This document shows, piece by piece, positions 30,600 to 39,824 of a stretch of DNA of 64,000 bases. Origin of the DNA: Nitrospinaceae bacterium. Its GTDB lineage: Bacteria > Nitrospinota > Nitrospinia > Nitrospinales > Nitrospinaceae. Under the pieces are notes generated by a model. The model had not been told where the DNA came from and did no database searches. It saw only the letters and a program-made list of their open reading frames with translations. Numbering within the stretch: position 1 is the stretch's first letter; every line of letters starts with the position of its first letter. The stretch is from positions 2,432,001 through 2,496,000 of the forward strand of contig OZ245011.1 in assembly GCA_965223665.1 (NCBI GenBank), written 5' to 3'. A program made the position numbers and the translations under genes.

Positions 30600-31091
30600 A
30601 TGACTTCGAAAAATTTATTTGGAATCTGCTTTGTTTGTTTAGGAAATATCTGTCGATCTCCTCTTGCCGAGGGAGTTTTCCAGTCTTTAGTCGTTGAACA
30701 GCAACTCTCAGAAAAAATCATTATTGAATCCGCCGGAACTGGGCATTGGCATGTAGGTGCCCCTCCAGACTCCAGAATGCAGGCCACCGCTCGACAAAAC
30801 GGTATTCAGCTTCAATCTCGGGCACAACAATTTCAACCTGAGGATTTTAATCGGTTTGATCTCATTCTTGCCATGGACCAACAAAACTATGAATCATTAA
30901 TGTTTATGTGCTCCACAGAGGTGGCAAGTGGGAAGTTGAAATTATTTCGTTCCTTTGACCCTTTTGCAAAGGGCGATGAAGATGTTCCCGACCCTTATTA
31001 TGGGGGAAATTCAGGTTTTGAAAATGTTTTCCAAATCGTTCATCGAACTTGCCCCAATATTCTTGATTTTGTTAAATCACAATTAGGCTGA
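30600..31091 (+). CDS. Low-molecular-weight protein tyrosine phosphatase
   Basis: VCLGNICRSP P-loop and DVPDPYYG. Confidence 0.95.
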   Translation: MTSKNLFGICFVCLGNICRSPLAEGVFQSLVVEQQLSEKIIIESAGTGHWHVGAPPDSRMQATARQNGIQLQSRAQQFQPEDFNRFDLILAMDQQNYESLMFMCSTEVASGKLKLFRSFDPFAKGDEDVPDPYYGGNSGFENVFQIVHRTCPNILDFVKSQLG

Positions 31092-31094
31092 TTT

Positions 31095-31973
31095 ATGCAA
31101 GAGGAAGTCCAATCCGTTCTAGAGGAAGCTTATTCCCCGTCTATTACGATTTCTTCTTCACAAAGCATCGGTGGAGGTTGCATAAACGAAACCTTAAGCA
31201 TGAATTTATCCAATGGAGAAAAGGTTTTTGTAAAATTCAACCCTCAACCACCTCCCAATTTTTTTTTCAATGAAGCTCAGGGACTAAAAATTTTAGCTTC
31301 TGCCAAGGAAGGTCCTCGTATTCCAAAGGTGATTGCTCTCCCAAAGTCTTCTAATCCTAAATTCTTAATTCTTGAGTTTATTGAGCAAGGAGCAACAGGG
31401 AAAAACTATTATTTTGAATTCGCCAGGTCATTGGCGAACATGCATAAAACCACTCAAGACTTATTTGGACTCAACCATAACAACTATATTGGATCAACCC
31501 CGCAAATTAATACAGAAAATAAAAACTCTCTCAATTTTTTTAGAGAACAGCGTTTACAGTTTCAACAAACTTTGGCCAGAAAAAACAATCGCCTTCCAAA
31601 GGATATTGACCAAAAAATAGATAAACTTTGTGAAAAACTGGAAAATTTTCTGGATCTGACGGGTGAAAAACCTGCTTTAGTACACGGAGACTTATGGTCT
31701 GGCAATCATTTTTCAGATAAAAATGGAACTCCATGCTTATTCGATCCTGCTGTTTATTTTGGACTTAGGGAAACAGATTTAGCCATGACCGAGCTATTTG
31801 GAAAAATGCCCCAAGCCTTTTACCAGTCCTACCATGATTATTTTCCCCTTAACCCAGGTTATGAAAAAAGAAAGCAAATCTATAATCTTTACCACCTACT
31901 AAATCATGTTAATCTGTTCGGAGGATCGTATTTATCATCTGTGGAATCCACCCTAAATTATTTTGTCGGTTAA
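31095..31973 (+). CDS. Fructosamine kinase family protein
   Basis: GGGCIN, NYIGSTPQIN, LVHGDLWSGN, FDPAVYFG and NLFGGSY motifs. Confidence 0.92.
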   Translation: MQEEVQSVLEEAYSPSITISSSQSIGGGCINETLSMNLSNGEKVFVKFNPQPPPNFFFNEAQGLKILASAKEGPRIPKVIALPKSSNPKFLILEFIEQGATGKNYYFEFARSLANMHKTTQDLFGLNHNNYIGSTPQINTENKNSLNFFREQRLQFQQTLARKNNRLPKDIDQKIDKLCEKLENFLDLTGEKPALVHGDLWSGNHFSDKNGTPCLFDPAVYFGLRETDLAMTELFGKMPQAFYQSYHDYFPLNPGYEKRKQIYNLYHLLNHVNLFGGSYLSSVESTLNYFVG

Positions 31974-31990
31974 AATTCAAGGAGAGCTTC

Positions 31991-34900
31991 ATGCTGACCA
32001 TGAAAACTAATCCTATTTTTCGCGTCTTATTATTTTTTTCAATTTCACTCACCATATGGGTTGGCATTGCGGAATCTCAGCAAGCAAGCTACAGTTTATT
32101 AAAACAACAAGGAGAAAGTTATTTTAAACAGGGATCCTTTTCTAAAGCTCATAAAGTTTATAAAAAAGCTTTAGAATTTGACCTCAATGAGACTGACAAA
32201 CGTTGGACTGAGTTTAGATTAGCAGATACTTTGTGGCGATCAGAAGCTTCTAGTAAAAAATTCGATACCTCAATTTTAGATCAGGCTAGGGATCAACTTA
32301 ATAAGATGGTTCGTGATGTTCGTCGAATGGAAGATAAAGACCGCATCTGGGCAGAAATTCAGGAATCTTTGGGTGACTATTGGTGGATGCGGTCACAGAC
32401 TAGAAATTGGGGCTCAGCCTGGCAACATTATCAAAAAGCATTAGACTGGTGGGCAGGGGCAAAAGATTTAGAACTTGCCAGAAAAAGATATTTAAATATT
32501 ATTTGGAACGTCACGGCGCCTCCCTGGAGACCTTCTTATTACTCATATGGTTACTATGGGAATTATGTGCCTGTTAAGATTTTAGAAAATGTTCTCAAAA
32601 TTTCTCAGTCTCCAGAAGATCAAGCGCGAGCTAACTATTTTCTCGCCATGGGGTTGCGCAACCAGGGAAACCTGTATCAACAACAGCGTATTCCTGATCT
32701 ATTTGAAAAAGCAATTCAATTGGGAAAATCGACCGAATGGTATGATGACTCTCTTTACCATTATGCAGAGTGGCTATCTGGTTCTGGAGAAGTCATTATC
32801 CTTGCCAATGGCCAACAGCAAAGAAAACCCAATTATAATAAAGGCCTTGAATATTACCGACGTCTGACAAATGAATTTAATAAAGGGGAAACTCGATTTT
32901 ATGATGATGCTCAACGTCAAATCGAGAATATTACCAAACCCACTTTATCCATAAACGTTGATAAAATTTTCTTACCTGGTTCTCAAATTAAATATCAATT
33001 AAATTGGAGAAACATTAAACAAGTGACATTGTCTCTTTATCCGATTGACCTCACTAAGGATGTCAAGTTGTCAAAGGATATAAATGTCAATCAATGGAAG
33101 AATCAAATCAACTTATTGCTTAAAGAAAAAAGAACAAGCTGGACTCATGACACAAAAGATAAAAGAGACTATATCCCCGGAAGAGAAACACTCTCTTTGG
33201 AAGAAAAATTACCAGTCGGTGCTTATATCCTTAAAGCAAGTGGTGAAAATGTAAATGCGCGAGAAGTTATCTTGGTGACTGACTCCGCAGTGGTTTTAAA
33301 AAATTCTAATAATCAAGCCTTAGTGTATTTTTGTGATTCTGCTAATGGGGCACCCATTGAAAATGCGAAAGTACAACTGCAACAACGTTTCTATACTGGC
33401 CATCGCTGGGTTTGGCGCGCTGCCACCGCTAAAACCAACAAAGAAGGGTTCGCCAAATTCTATTTAAAAAATACAAGACACAATTCGCAAATCTATGTCG
33501 CAGCCGCTTTTGAAAATCGGCAAGCTTTTGTAACAAGTTATAACCACCGGGGTTATTCAGACAAAGAATCTTGGAAAATGTACGTAACTACGGACCGACC
33601 GGCCTATCGACCCAATGAAAAAGCCAATTGGAAACTCACCGCAAGAACCTATGATGGGTCTAAATATTCCACTCCCTCAAACGCTTACGTTGAATATCAA
33701 ATATCCGATCCCCGCGGAGTTAAATTAAAAGAGGGTACCTTAAAGTTAAATGAATATGGAAGTGCGTGGGAGTCATTACAATTATCTGAATCGATTCCTC
33801 TTGGTACCTACACCATAGTTTTTTGGACCAAAAATAAAAAAAAACATATTGGCAGCGCAAATTTATTCCGCCTAGAAGAATATAAACTTCCAGAGTTCAA
33901 AGTTAGCGTGAAAGTTCCTGAAGAAAATGGGAAGAAAAAAACTTTTCAATTAGGAGACACTTTAGAGGCGGATATTCATGCGGAATATTATTTTGGTGGA
34001 CCAGTTGCAAATGCATCTGTTGAAATTATTGTATATCAAAAATCTTTTCAACCCTTTTGGCGACCTGCCGCAGAATACCCCTGGTATTACGAAGATTTAT
34101 ATTCTAATCCTCATCACTACTGGGGACACGGTCAACAAGTCAAACGCGAAGTGTTAAAAACTGATAGCCGGGGGAATGCTCACCTAACTATTCCAACACA
34201 GCTCGGAAATCAGGATCTTGAGTATCGTATTGAAGCACGAGTGACCGATTCTTCGCGAAGGGAAATTATTTCGTCAGAGTCCGTCCGGGTTTCACGCCAG
34301 GCATATTTTGTTTATATGAACCCCAAACATTATTTGTATAAGCCGCAAGACAAAGTAGACATAAAAATAAATTCCATGGACCCAAATAATCAACCCATAT
34401 CAGCCGATGGAACCGTCAAAGTGACCCGAGACTTTTGGTTTGAGATTTGGATCAATCCAGACGGCCAGGAAATTCAGGGTGAAGAATTAAAACGTTTAAA
34501 AGAAAAATCTGTTATTTTTCCTCCCCCTCAACCTCCAGAGGGTGGGAAATGGAAGCTTAAGTTTAAAGGATACCAGCACGACGAAATTTTGACACAATCC
34601 GTTAAAACAAATAAAGAAGGACAGGCAGAATTTAATTTCACTCCTGGTAACGAAGGATACTACCGTGTTGAATGGTTTTCTCAACCTAATAAGAAAAGCC
34701 TCCCCATAAAAGCAGAAACAACCATTTGGGCTGCTACTAATGCAACTACGGATTTGGGTTATCGCCATGGAGGCTTAGAAATCATCGCCGACAAAGATAC
34801 TTTTCAAGCAGGCCAGGAAGTTCCCGTAATGCTGGTGGCTCCCACAAATGATCGTTACGTGGTATTTGGTATTGAAGGCGACGATCTTTACGACTACCAA

Positions 34901-37900
34901 TTAGTTCATATGCCTGGAACAGTTAAACTGCTCCGTTTAAAAATCCAAGAAAAGCATGTCCCCAATATATTTTTAAATGCTGTAATGGTAACCGGACAAC
35001 AGATTTTTAGTGATACCGAACAAGTGATTGTTCCACCATTAAAAAACTTTCTCAATGTTTCGGTAGAAAGTAATCAGGACCAATACCAACCTCAGGAAAA
35101 AGGTACACTGACTATCACCACGCGAAATCATGAAAATAAACCTGTACAATCCGAAGTTTCTTTAGCTCTCGTGGATGAGGCCGTATTTTATATACAAAAA
35201 GATTTAGCACCTGATCCCCGTCAATTCTTTTTTGGAAACAAACGTAGACACCAAACGAAAACCGCAAGTTCTTTTCAAATGAAACGTTACTTACGGCAGG
35301 ACCCAAAACCCAGTCCACCCTCTAAAGATTATCCCGAATCCATTAAAGCAGATGGAGGAGCGTTTAATGAAAATAAAAGGATTGTCGGCAAAAAAGAGTC
35401 TTCTCTTCGAAGTCGATCTATGATGGCAAAATCGAATGCTCCCATGGAATCTTTTGCATCCATGGAATTAGATGATGCCGCAGCGTTGGAAGAAGCTCCA
35501 GGCAGACAATCAGGAGCCGGAAGTGACGAGGCGAATGTTCAAGTTAGAAGCGATTTTCGATCGACTATCATATGGGAACCTAATATCAAAACGGGTAAAG
35601 ATGGGAAAGCAACAGTAGAAGTAAAATTTCCCGATAGCCTTACCCAGTGGCGTGCTACTGCCCGGTCGGTGACAAAAAAGAATCAATTTGGAATTCAAAC
35701 TGCAAAAATGCAGACTCAAATGCCACTAATGATTCGTTTACAGGCTCCTCGGTTTTTTGTTGTGGGAGATGAAGTCACCCTCTCAGCCCTTATCAATAAT
35801 AATACCAATGAAAACTTAAAAATAAATCCTGTTATTGAGACGACAGGCTTAAAAGTAGATTCCAAATCAGATGAAATTTCCATTGCTCCTAACAGCGAAA
35901 AACGAGTGGACTGGTTGGCTACGATACTTCAACCCGGAAATGTAAAAATAAAGGTTACCGCAAGAAACAATAAATTCGCAGATTCAATGGAAAAAGAGTT
36001 TATCGCTCATGAACATGGTATCGAAAAACTGATTGCTAAATCTGGAAAGCTTAAGGGCCAATCTGTGAATATTTCACTTGACCTTCCTCAAGCTCGCAAA
36101 AAGAATTCGACAAAAATGACGGTACAAGTGGCTCCCAGCTTAGCAGTAACCATGCTAGACGCGTTACCTTATCTCATAGATTATCCCTACGGCTGCACGG
36201 AACAAACATTAAGCCGATTTCTTCCCACAGTAATTACATTAAAAACTTTAAGGGATTTAGGGCTGAAACCAGAAGATGTCGCCAATCGATTGTTTGGTGG
36301 AATTGATCCAAAATTAGCAAACAAATCACATCCCAATGGGAAGAAAAATTTAAATAAGATTACTGCAATGGTTGAGAAAGGACTGGACCGCCTTTATGAC
36401 TTTCAACATAGTGACGGAGGATGGGGATGGTGGAAAAAAGGAGATAGCGATCCCTTCATGACCGCCTATGTATTATGGGGGCTAACCTTGGCACAAAATG
36501 CTCAAGTAGAAATTGATCCAAGCGTATTAAGTGAAGCTTTTAAGTTTTTAGATAAAGAGTTGGTGGAAGCGGAAAATCAGTATGACCAACAAGCCTGGCT
36601 TCTCCATGCTTTAGCTTATTACCATAAAACTAAAAACTTTAAAAAGTTTTCCAAATTTCAATCCAAGGCATTTAATAATCTTTGGAAAAATCGAACCAAA
36701 CTAAATTCTTATTCCCGAGCCCTCTTTACATTGAGCGCGCATTACTTTGGAATGAAAACACATGCTAAAACCTTAGCCGAGAACCTGGAAAATGGTGTTA
36801 TCCTTGACAATTCTCCAGACACTTCAATTGTGCAAAGAGGATCAAAAACATCTGAAAGGTACACCATGGCCACGGCCCATTGGGGAGAAGACGGACTTTA
36901 TTATAAGTGGTCGGATGGAGGTGTGGAGGCCACTTCTATGGCTCTAAGGGCACTTTTAGCAGTATCTCCAGAAAACACTTTGATCGGTCCGGTCACCAAT
37001 TGGCTAATCAAAAATCGACGCGGCTCCCACTGGTCCAATACCAGGGATACCGCTATTTCTCTACTGGCACTAAATGATTATCTTCATATCAGTGGAGAGC
37101 TAAACGTCGATCAAGGATATAAATTAATCGTAAATGGAAACCTTCTCGAAGAAATTAAAATAAAAGATGTACTAAATGCCCCAAGTAATTACCTTGTGCC
37201 AAATAGATACATTGTCGATGGAGTGAATGAAATTCAATTAATTCGCACCTCTGGAAAAGGCCCTCTATACTTTTCAGTCCAGTCCCAATTCTTCAGCCTG
37301 GAAGAACCAATTACTCCCGCTGGAAATGAATTGTTTGTCCGAAGGCAATATCAAAAGCAAGTTGGCCGCCCCACTTTATTAAAGGGTTACGTTTACGATT
37401 CCGTACCATTAAACGATGGAGATACCATCAATAGTGGAGAAAGAATTGAAACGGTAATTACCATTGAATCGAAAAATAATTATGAATACCTAATTTTTGA
37501 AGATTTAAAACCGGCAGGATTTGAAGCAGTACAAATCAAAAGTGGCACTCCATTTTACACAAAGGAATTAAAGTCGGCAGCCGTGAAACTGAAATTAGAT
37601 AATACAAAAAGTATTAACAACATGAATCGGGGGAAAAATTCAATGCGAAGCAAATTGGCCAAGGAAGCATTTAGTCCTCCTAGAAGACACCCTTCGTTTG
37701 GGAACGATTATACTGGGCGTAGCCGGTGGGTTCATCAGGAACTGAGGGATCGAAAAGTGGTCTTCTTTATCGATAAATTACCGCAAGGATTTTGGGAAAT
37801 ACGGTACACGTTACGCGCTGAAGTTCCTGGTCAATTTCATGCATTGCCTGTAATGGCACATGCCATGTATATCCCGGAAATTCGCACCAACGGCTCCGAA

Positions 37901-37930
37901 ATCCGCGTGACTGTTATTGATAGGAATTAA
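31991..37930 (+). CDS. Bacterial alpha-2-macroglobulin with helical/TPR-like N-terminal extension
   Basis: TDRPAYRP, FPDSLTQWR, thioester YPYGCTEQ (36194-36205) and QHSDGGWGWW; signal peptide; 1979 aa. Confidence 0.93.
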   Translation: MLTMKTNPIFRVLLFFSISLTIWVGIAESQQASYSLLKQQGESYFKQGSFSKAHKVYKKALEFDLNETDKRWTEFRLADTLWRSEASSKKFDTSILDQARDQLNKMVRDVRRMEDKDRIWAEIQESLGDYWWMRSQTRNWGSAWQHYQKALDWWAGAKDLELARKRYLNIIWNVTAPPWRPSYYSYGYYGNYVPVKILENVLKISQSPEDQARANYFLAMGLRNQGNLYQQQRIPDLFEKAIQLGKSTEWYDDSLYHYAEWLSGSGEVIILANGQQQRKPNYNKGLEYYRRLTNEFNKGETRFYDDAQRQIENITKPTLSINVDKIFLPGSQIKYQLNWRNIKQVTLSLYPIDLTKDVKLSKDINVNQWKNQINLLLKEKRTSWTHDTKDKRDYIPGRETLSLEEKLPVGAYILKASGENVNAREVILVTDSAVVLKNSNNQALVYFCDSANGAPIENAKVQLQQRFYTGHRWVWRAATAKTNKEGFAKFYLKNTRHNSQIYVAAAFENRQAFVTSYNHRGYSDKESWKMYVTTDRPAYRPNEKANWKLTARTYDGSKYSTPSNAYVEYQISDPRGVKLKEGTLKLNEYGSAWESLQLSESIPLGTYTIVFWTKNKKKHIGSANLFRLEEYKLPEFKVSVKVPEENGKKKTFQLGDTLEADIHAEYYFGGPVANASVEIIVYQKSFQPFWRPAAEYPWYYEDLYSNPHHYWGHGQQVKREVLKTDSRGNAHLTIPTQLGNQDLEYRIEARVTDSSRREIISSESVRVSRQAYFVYMNPKHYLYKPQDKVDIKINSMDPNNQPISADGTVKVTRDFWFEIWINPDGQEIQGEELKRLKEKSVIFPPPQPPEGGKWKLKFKGYQHDEILTQSVKTNKEGQAEFNFTPGNEGYYRVEWFSQPNKKSLPIKAETTIWAATNATTDLGYRHGGLEIIADKDTFQAGQEVPVMLVAPTNDRYVVFGIEGDDLYDYQLVHMPGTVKLLRLKIQEKHVPNIFLNAVMVTGQQIFSDTEQVIVPPLKNFLNVSVESNQDQYQPQEKGTLTITTRNHENKPVQSEVSLALVDEAVFYIQKDLAPDPRQFFFGNKRRHQTKTASSFQMKRYLRQDPKPSPPSKDYPESIKADGGAFNENKRIVGKKESSLRSRSMMAKSNAPMESFASMELDDAAALEEAPGRQSGAGSDEANVQVRSDFRSTIIWEPNIKTGKDGKATVEVKFPDSLTQWRATARSVTKKNQFGIQTAKMQTQMPLMIRLQAPRFFVVGDEVTLSALINNNTNENLKINPVIETTGLKVDSKSDEISIAPNSEKRVDWLATILQPGNVKIKVTARNNKFADSMEKEFIAHEHGIEKLIAKSGKLKGQSVNISLDLPQARKKNSTKMTVQVAPSLAVTMLDALPYLIDYPYGCTEQTLSRFLPTVITLKTLRDLGLKPEDVANRLFGGIDPKLANKSHPNGKKNLNKITAMVEKGLDRLYDFQHSDGGWGWWKKGDSDPFMTAYVLWGLTLAQNAQVEIDPSVLSEAFKFLDKELVEAENQYDQQAWLLHALAYYHKTKNFKKFSKFQSKAFNNLWKNRTKLNSYSRALFTLSAHYFGMKTHAKTLAENLENGVILDNSPDTSIVQRGSKTSERYTMATAHWGEDGLYYKWSDGGVEATSMALRALLAVSPENTLIGPVTNWLIKNRRGSHWSNTRDTAISLLALNDYLHISGELNVDQGYKLIVNGNLLEEIKIKDVLNAPSNYLVPNRYIVDGVNEIQLIRTSGKGPLYFSVQSQFFSLEEPITPAGNELFVRRQYQKQVGRPTLLKGYVYDSVPLNDGDTINSGERIETVITIESKNNYEYLIFEDLKPAGFEAVQIKSGTPFYTKELKSAAVKLKLDNTKSINNMNRGKNSMRSKLAKEAFSPPRRHPSFGNDYTGRSRWVHQELRDRKVVFFIDKLPQGFWEIRYTLRAEVPGQFHALPVMAHAMYIPEIRTNGSEIRVTVIDRN

Positions 37931-38109
37931 CAAAACCCCGAAAAGGCGAAAATTTTTATTTTTATCGGTCAAACCCAACCAAAGTTAATTGGTATCTTTT
38001 TGAAAAGTTTTTTAAGGAAGTAATAATTGAGAACTCTTAAAAAGGAATTCCTTTAAATAACCTGGGATTGGCAAAAATACTATGAGCAGGGTAAAAAATA
38101 AAACATTGT

Positions 38110-38310
38110 CTATGCCAACTCGGACAATTCGGAAAGAACTTCTTTTATAAAACCGCGGATGTCATCTTTGTTGATTGATTCTCTATTCTCGGAAATGATT
38201 GTTTTTATGGCGTGTTTTCGAATCAGTCTGGCTAAATTCGCGTCCAGTTCTGCTAAATATTGACACGCATCGTCCGACCAAAACCAATCCTTTTCAATAT
38301 GACCACCCAT
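38110..38310 (-). CDS. 66-aa small helical protein (histone-fold alpha2-alpha3-like or PCP_red-like)
   Basis: GGGAGG RBS upstream of ATG at 38310; sequence WSDDACQYLAELDANLARLIRKHAIKTIISENRESINKDDI. Confidence 0.7.
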   Translation of the reverse strand: MGGHIEKDWFWSDDACQYLAELDANLARLIRKHAIKTIISENRESINKDDIRGFIKEVLSELSELA

Positions 38311-38366
38311 AAAAGTTCCTCCCAAAACAATTTATCGATTCAGCATTAACTATCAGTTTCAACTAT

Positions 38367-38380
38367 TGGAAGCGCTTCCA
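38367..38380. promoter_or_regulatory. Perfect palindrome, LacI/CcpA-type operator-like
   Basis: TGGAAGCGCTTCCA, 14 bp with central GCGC, about 57 bp upstream of the 66-aa ORF. Confidence 0.5.
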
Positions 38381-38492
38381 CTAAATGAATTAAACAACCA
38401 TTTAGGTTGCTAATAGGAATTTAAAACAGGGAATTTAGAAATTGAGAATTTCTAAAAAAGGTAGGCAATAGAAAAATATATTCTTAAAATCA

Positions 38493-38570
38493 TCAAATAA
38501 CTTTTAACAATCCAAAAACCATCATGACTAAAAAAAATACAGTTAGCCACTTGTCTAACGAATCAGACAT
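38493..38570 (-). CDS. Unannotated 25-aa hydrophobic membrane peptide
   Basis: Translated by hand: MSDSLDKWLTVFFLVMMVFGLLKVI*; GGGAGGG RBS 6 nt upstream; promoter-like TAGACA-N18-TATAAT upstream. Confidence 0.65.
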   Translation of the reverse strand: MSDSLDKWLTVFFLVMMVFGLLKVI

Positions 38571-38635
38571 GACTTACCCTCCCAGTTTTCTCTCCCATTC
38601 CCCAAAGAGGTTTTATTTCAACCTTTGGGATTTTG

Positions 38636-38665
38636 ATTATATCTAAATTAAACGTAATTTGTCTA
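38636..38665 (-). promoter_or_regulatory. Sigma70-type promoter of the 25-aa peptide gene
   Basis: Minus strand TAGACA (38665-38660), 18-bp spacer, TATAAT (38641-38636); the palindrome TTAATTCAA-CCTT-TTGAATTAA (38667-38688) abuts the -35. Confidence 0.55.
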
Positions 38666-38690
38666 ATTAATTCAACCTTTTGAATTAAAA

Positions 38691-38775
38691 GCGACCCATA
38701 AATAGTTATCCTCCCGGTTAAAGGTTAACCCATAATGGGTTGATGCGAGAAACCCACTCTTTTATGGTTAGTCAC
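38691..38775 (-). ncRNA. Candidate structured RNA (three-way junction)
   Basis: Folded by hand on the minus strand: closing stem GUGAC..CCAUAAA / UUUAUGG-GUCGC with inner hairpins UGGGUU/AACCCA and GGUUAA/UUAACC. Confidence 0.3.
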
Positions 38776-38789
38776 TTAGGAATTTTTAA

Positions 38790-38823
38790 AAATAAAAAAG
38801 GTGCTCTCAAAATGAGAGCACCT
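38790..38823 (-). terminator. Intrinsic terminator downstream of the 38903-39658 gene
   Basis: AGGTGCTCTC-AAAAT-GAGAGCACCT 10-bp stem followed by a U-tract on the minus strand. Confidence 0.8.
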
Positions 38824-38902
38824 AAAAAGGAGGAAAACAAATTTCTAGCTTCTTGTTTAGTTAGACATTAATAAATTAAAAAAGTTTCAAGTTTTTACTT
38901 AA

Positions 38903-39658
38903 TTAAAATCCACCTGATATTTTCTTAATAAAAACCCGAATTTCTTTTTGTAAAATACCATCCATATTTTTTTCTTCCCGCGACAAAGTAGTCAAAATAG
39001 ATGTCCCGTACCCCATTTCAATACCTGTCGCCAGAGTTATAAGGATTCTTGTCCCATATCGGTCAACAAGCCCATGTTCCTCTGCCGCACTAAAAACCAT
39101 TTCAGGACCAACAATCATCGCCCAACATTTAATAACACTTACCTCAGTAGCTTCCTTAAGCTGCAAAGCTTCTACCCTTTCCATATAGGGTCCTGCATCA
39201 ATTTCACCCGACTCAAAGCGGTCTATCAATTGATTCAGAGTTTCTTCCTCGGTCTCCAGGCGTTCAAAAATATACCCAAATACCTTTCCTTCTAATTCCT
39301 TAAGTTTTTTTAAATTCCAGATACAATAGAATTCAGTATTTTGAATGGGAGTGGATTTGGTTTCCCATTTTATTTTCTCAATACAAGTGGGACAACGCTT
39401 GCCTGCCGAGTGGTCAAATTCGCTACCGCAAGGACATAATGATAAATAATTTTGGACCGCCAGGGCCAAAGCCTCTCCTTTAACATTTAAAACTTCTCGG
39501 AGAGTCACTCGAACTGGATCTCCATTTGCGATATGCACCCACCTAACACAGGAAGAACAATAAATATCGTATCCTCTTTCATCTTTGGGTTCGATAACAG
39601 GTTCATAAACTTCCTTGCATAGAACACAATCTATTTGTTTGGCAAAAGTATCTACCAT
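38903..39658 (-). CDS. Hypothetical protein with Zn-ribbon-like Cys pairs
   Basis: CVLC, CSSC, CPC and CPTC in the N-half; helical C-half. Confidence 0.7.
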   Translation of the reverse strand: MVDTFAKQIDCVLCKEVYEPVIEPKDERGYDIYCSSCVRWVHIANGDPVRVTLREVLNVKGEALALAVQNYLSLCPCGSEFDHSAGKRCPTCIEKIKWETKSTPIQNTEFYCIWNLKKLKELEGKVFGYIFERLETEEETLNQLIDRFESGEIDAGPYMERVEALQLKEATEVSVIKCWAMIVGPEMVFSAAEEHGLVDRYGTRILITLATGIEMGYGTSILTTLSREEKNMDGILQKEIRVFIKKISGGF

Positions 39659-39770
39659 GGGTCACCCCAAAAAATTATTTATTAAATTAATGAATTTCAA
39701 AATCCGTAAGTATTAGATGCGAAAGACCAACTCAAGTTTCAAAATAGGAGTTAAAAGGAAATCAAGGCAG

Positions 39771-39807
39771 GAAAAAAACAAACCCATGGCGGAGATCCGC
39801 CATGGGT
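39771..39807 (-). terminator. Intrinsic terminator of the for operon
   Basis: ACCCATGGCGG-AGAT-CCGCCATGGGT 11-bp stem (39782-39807) followed by a T-rich run on the minus strand. Confidence 0.85.
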
Positions 39808-39824
39808 ATTGAAATAAATTTAAA

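Noticed and set aside
30405-30600. Possible purine, ZTP or PRPP riboswitch upstream of purB (purH leader also inspected)
   Set aside because: No recognisable consensus by eye; an Rfam scan would be needed to exclude it fully
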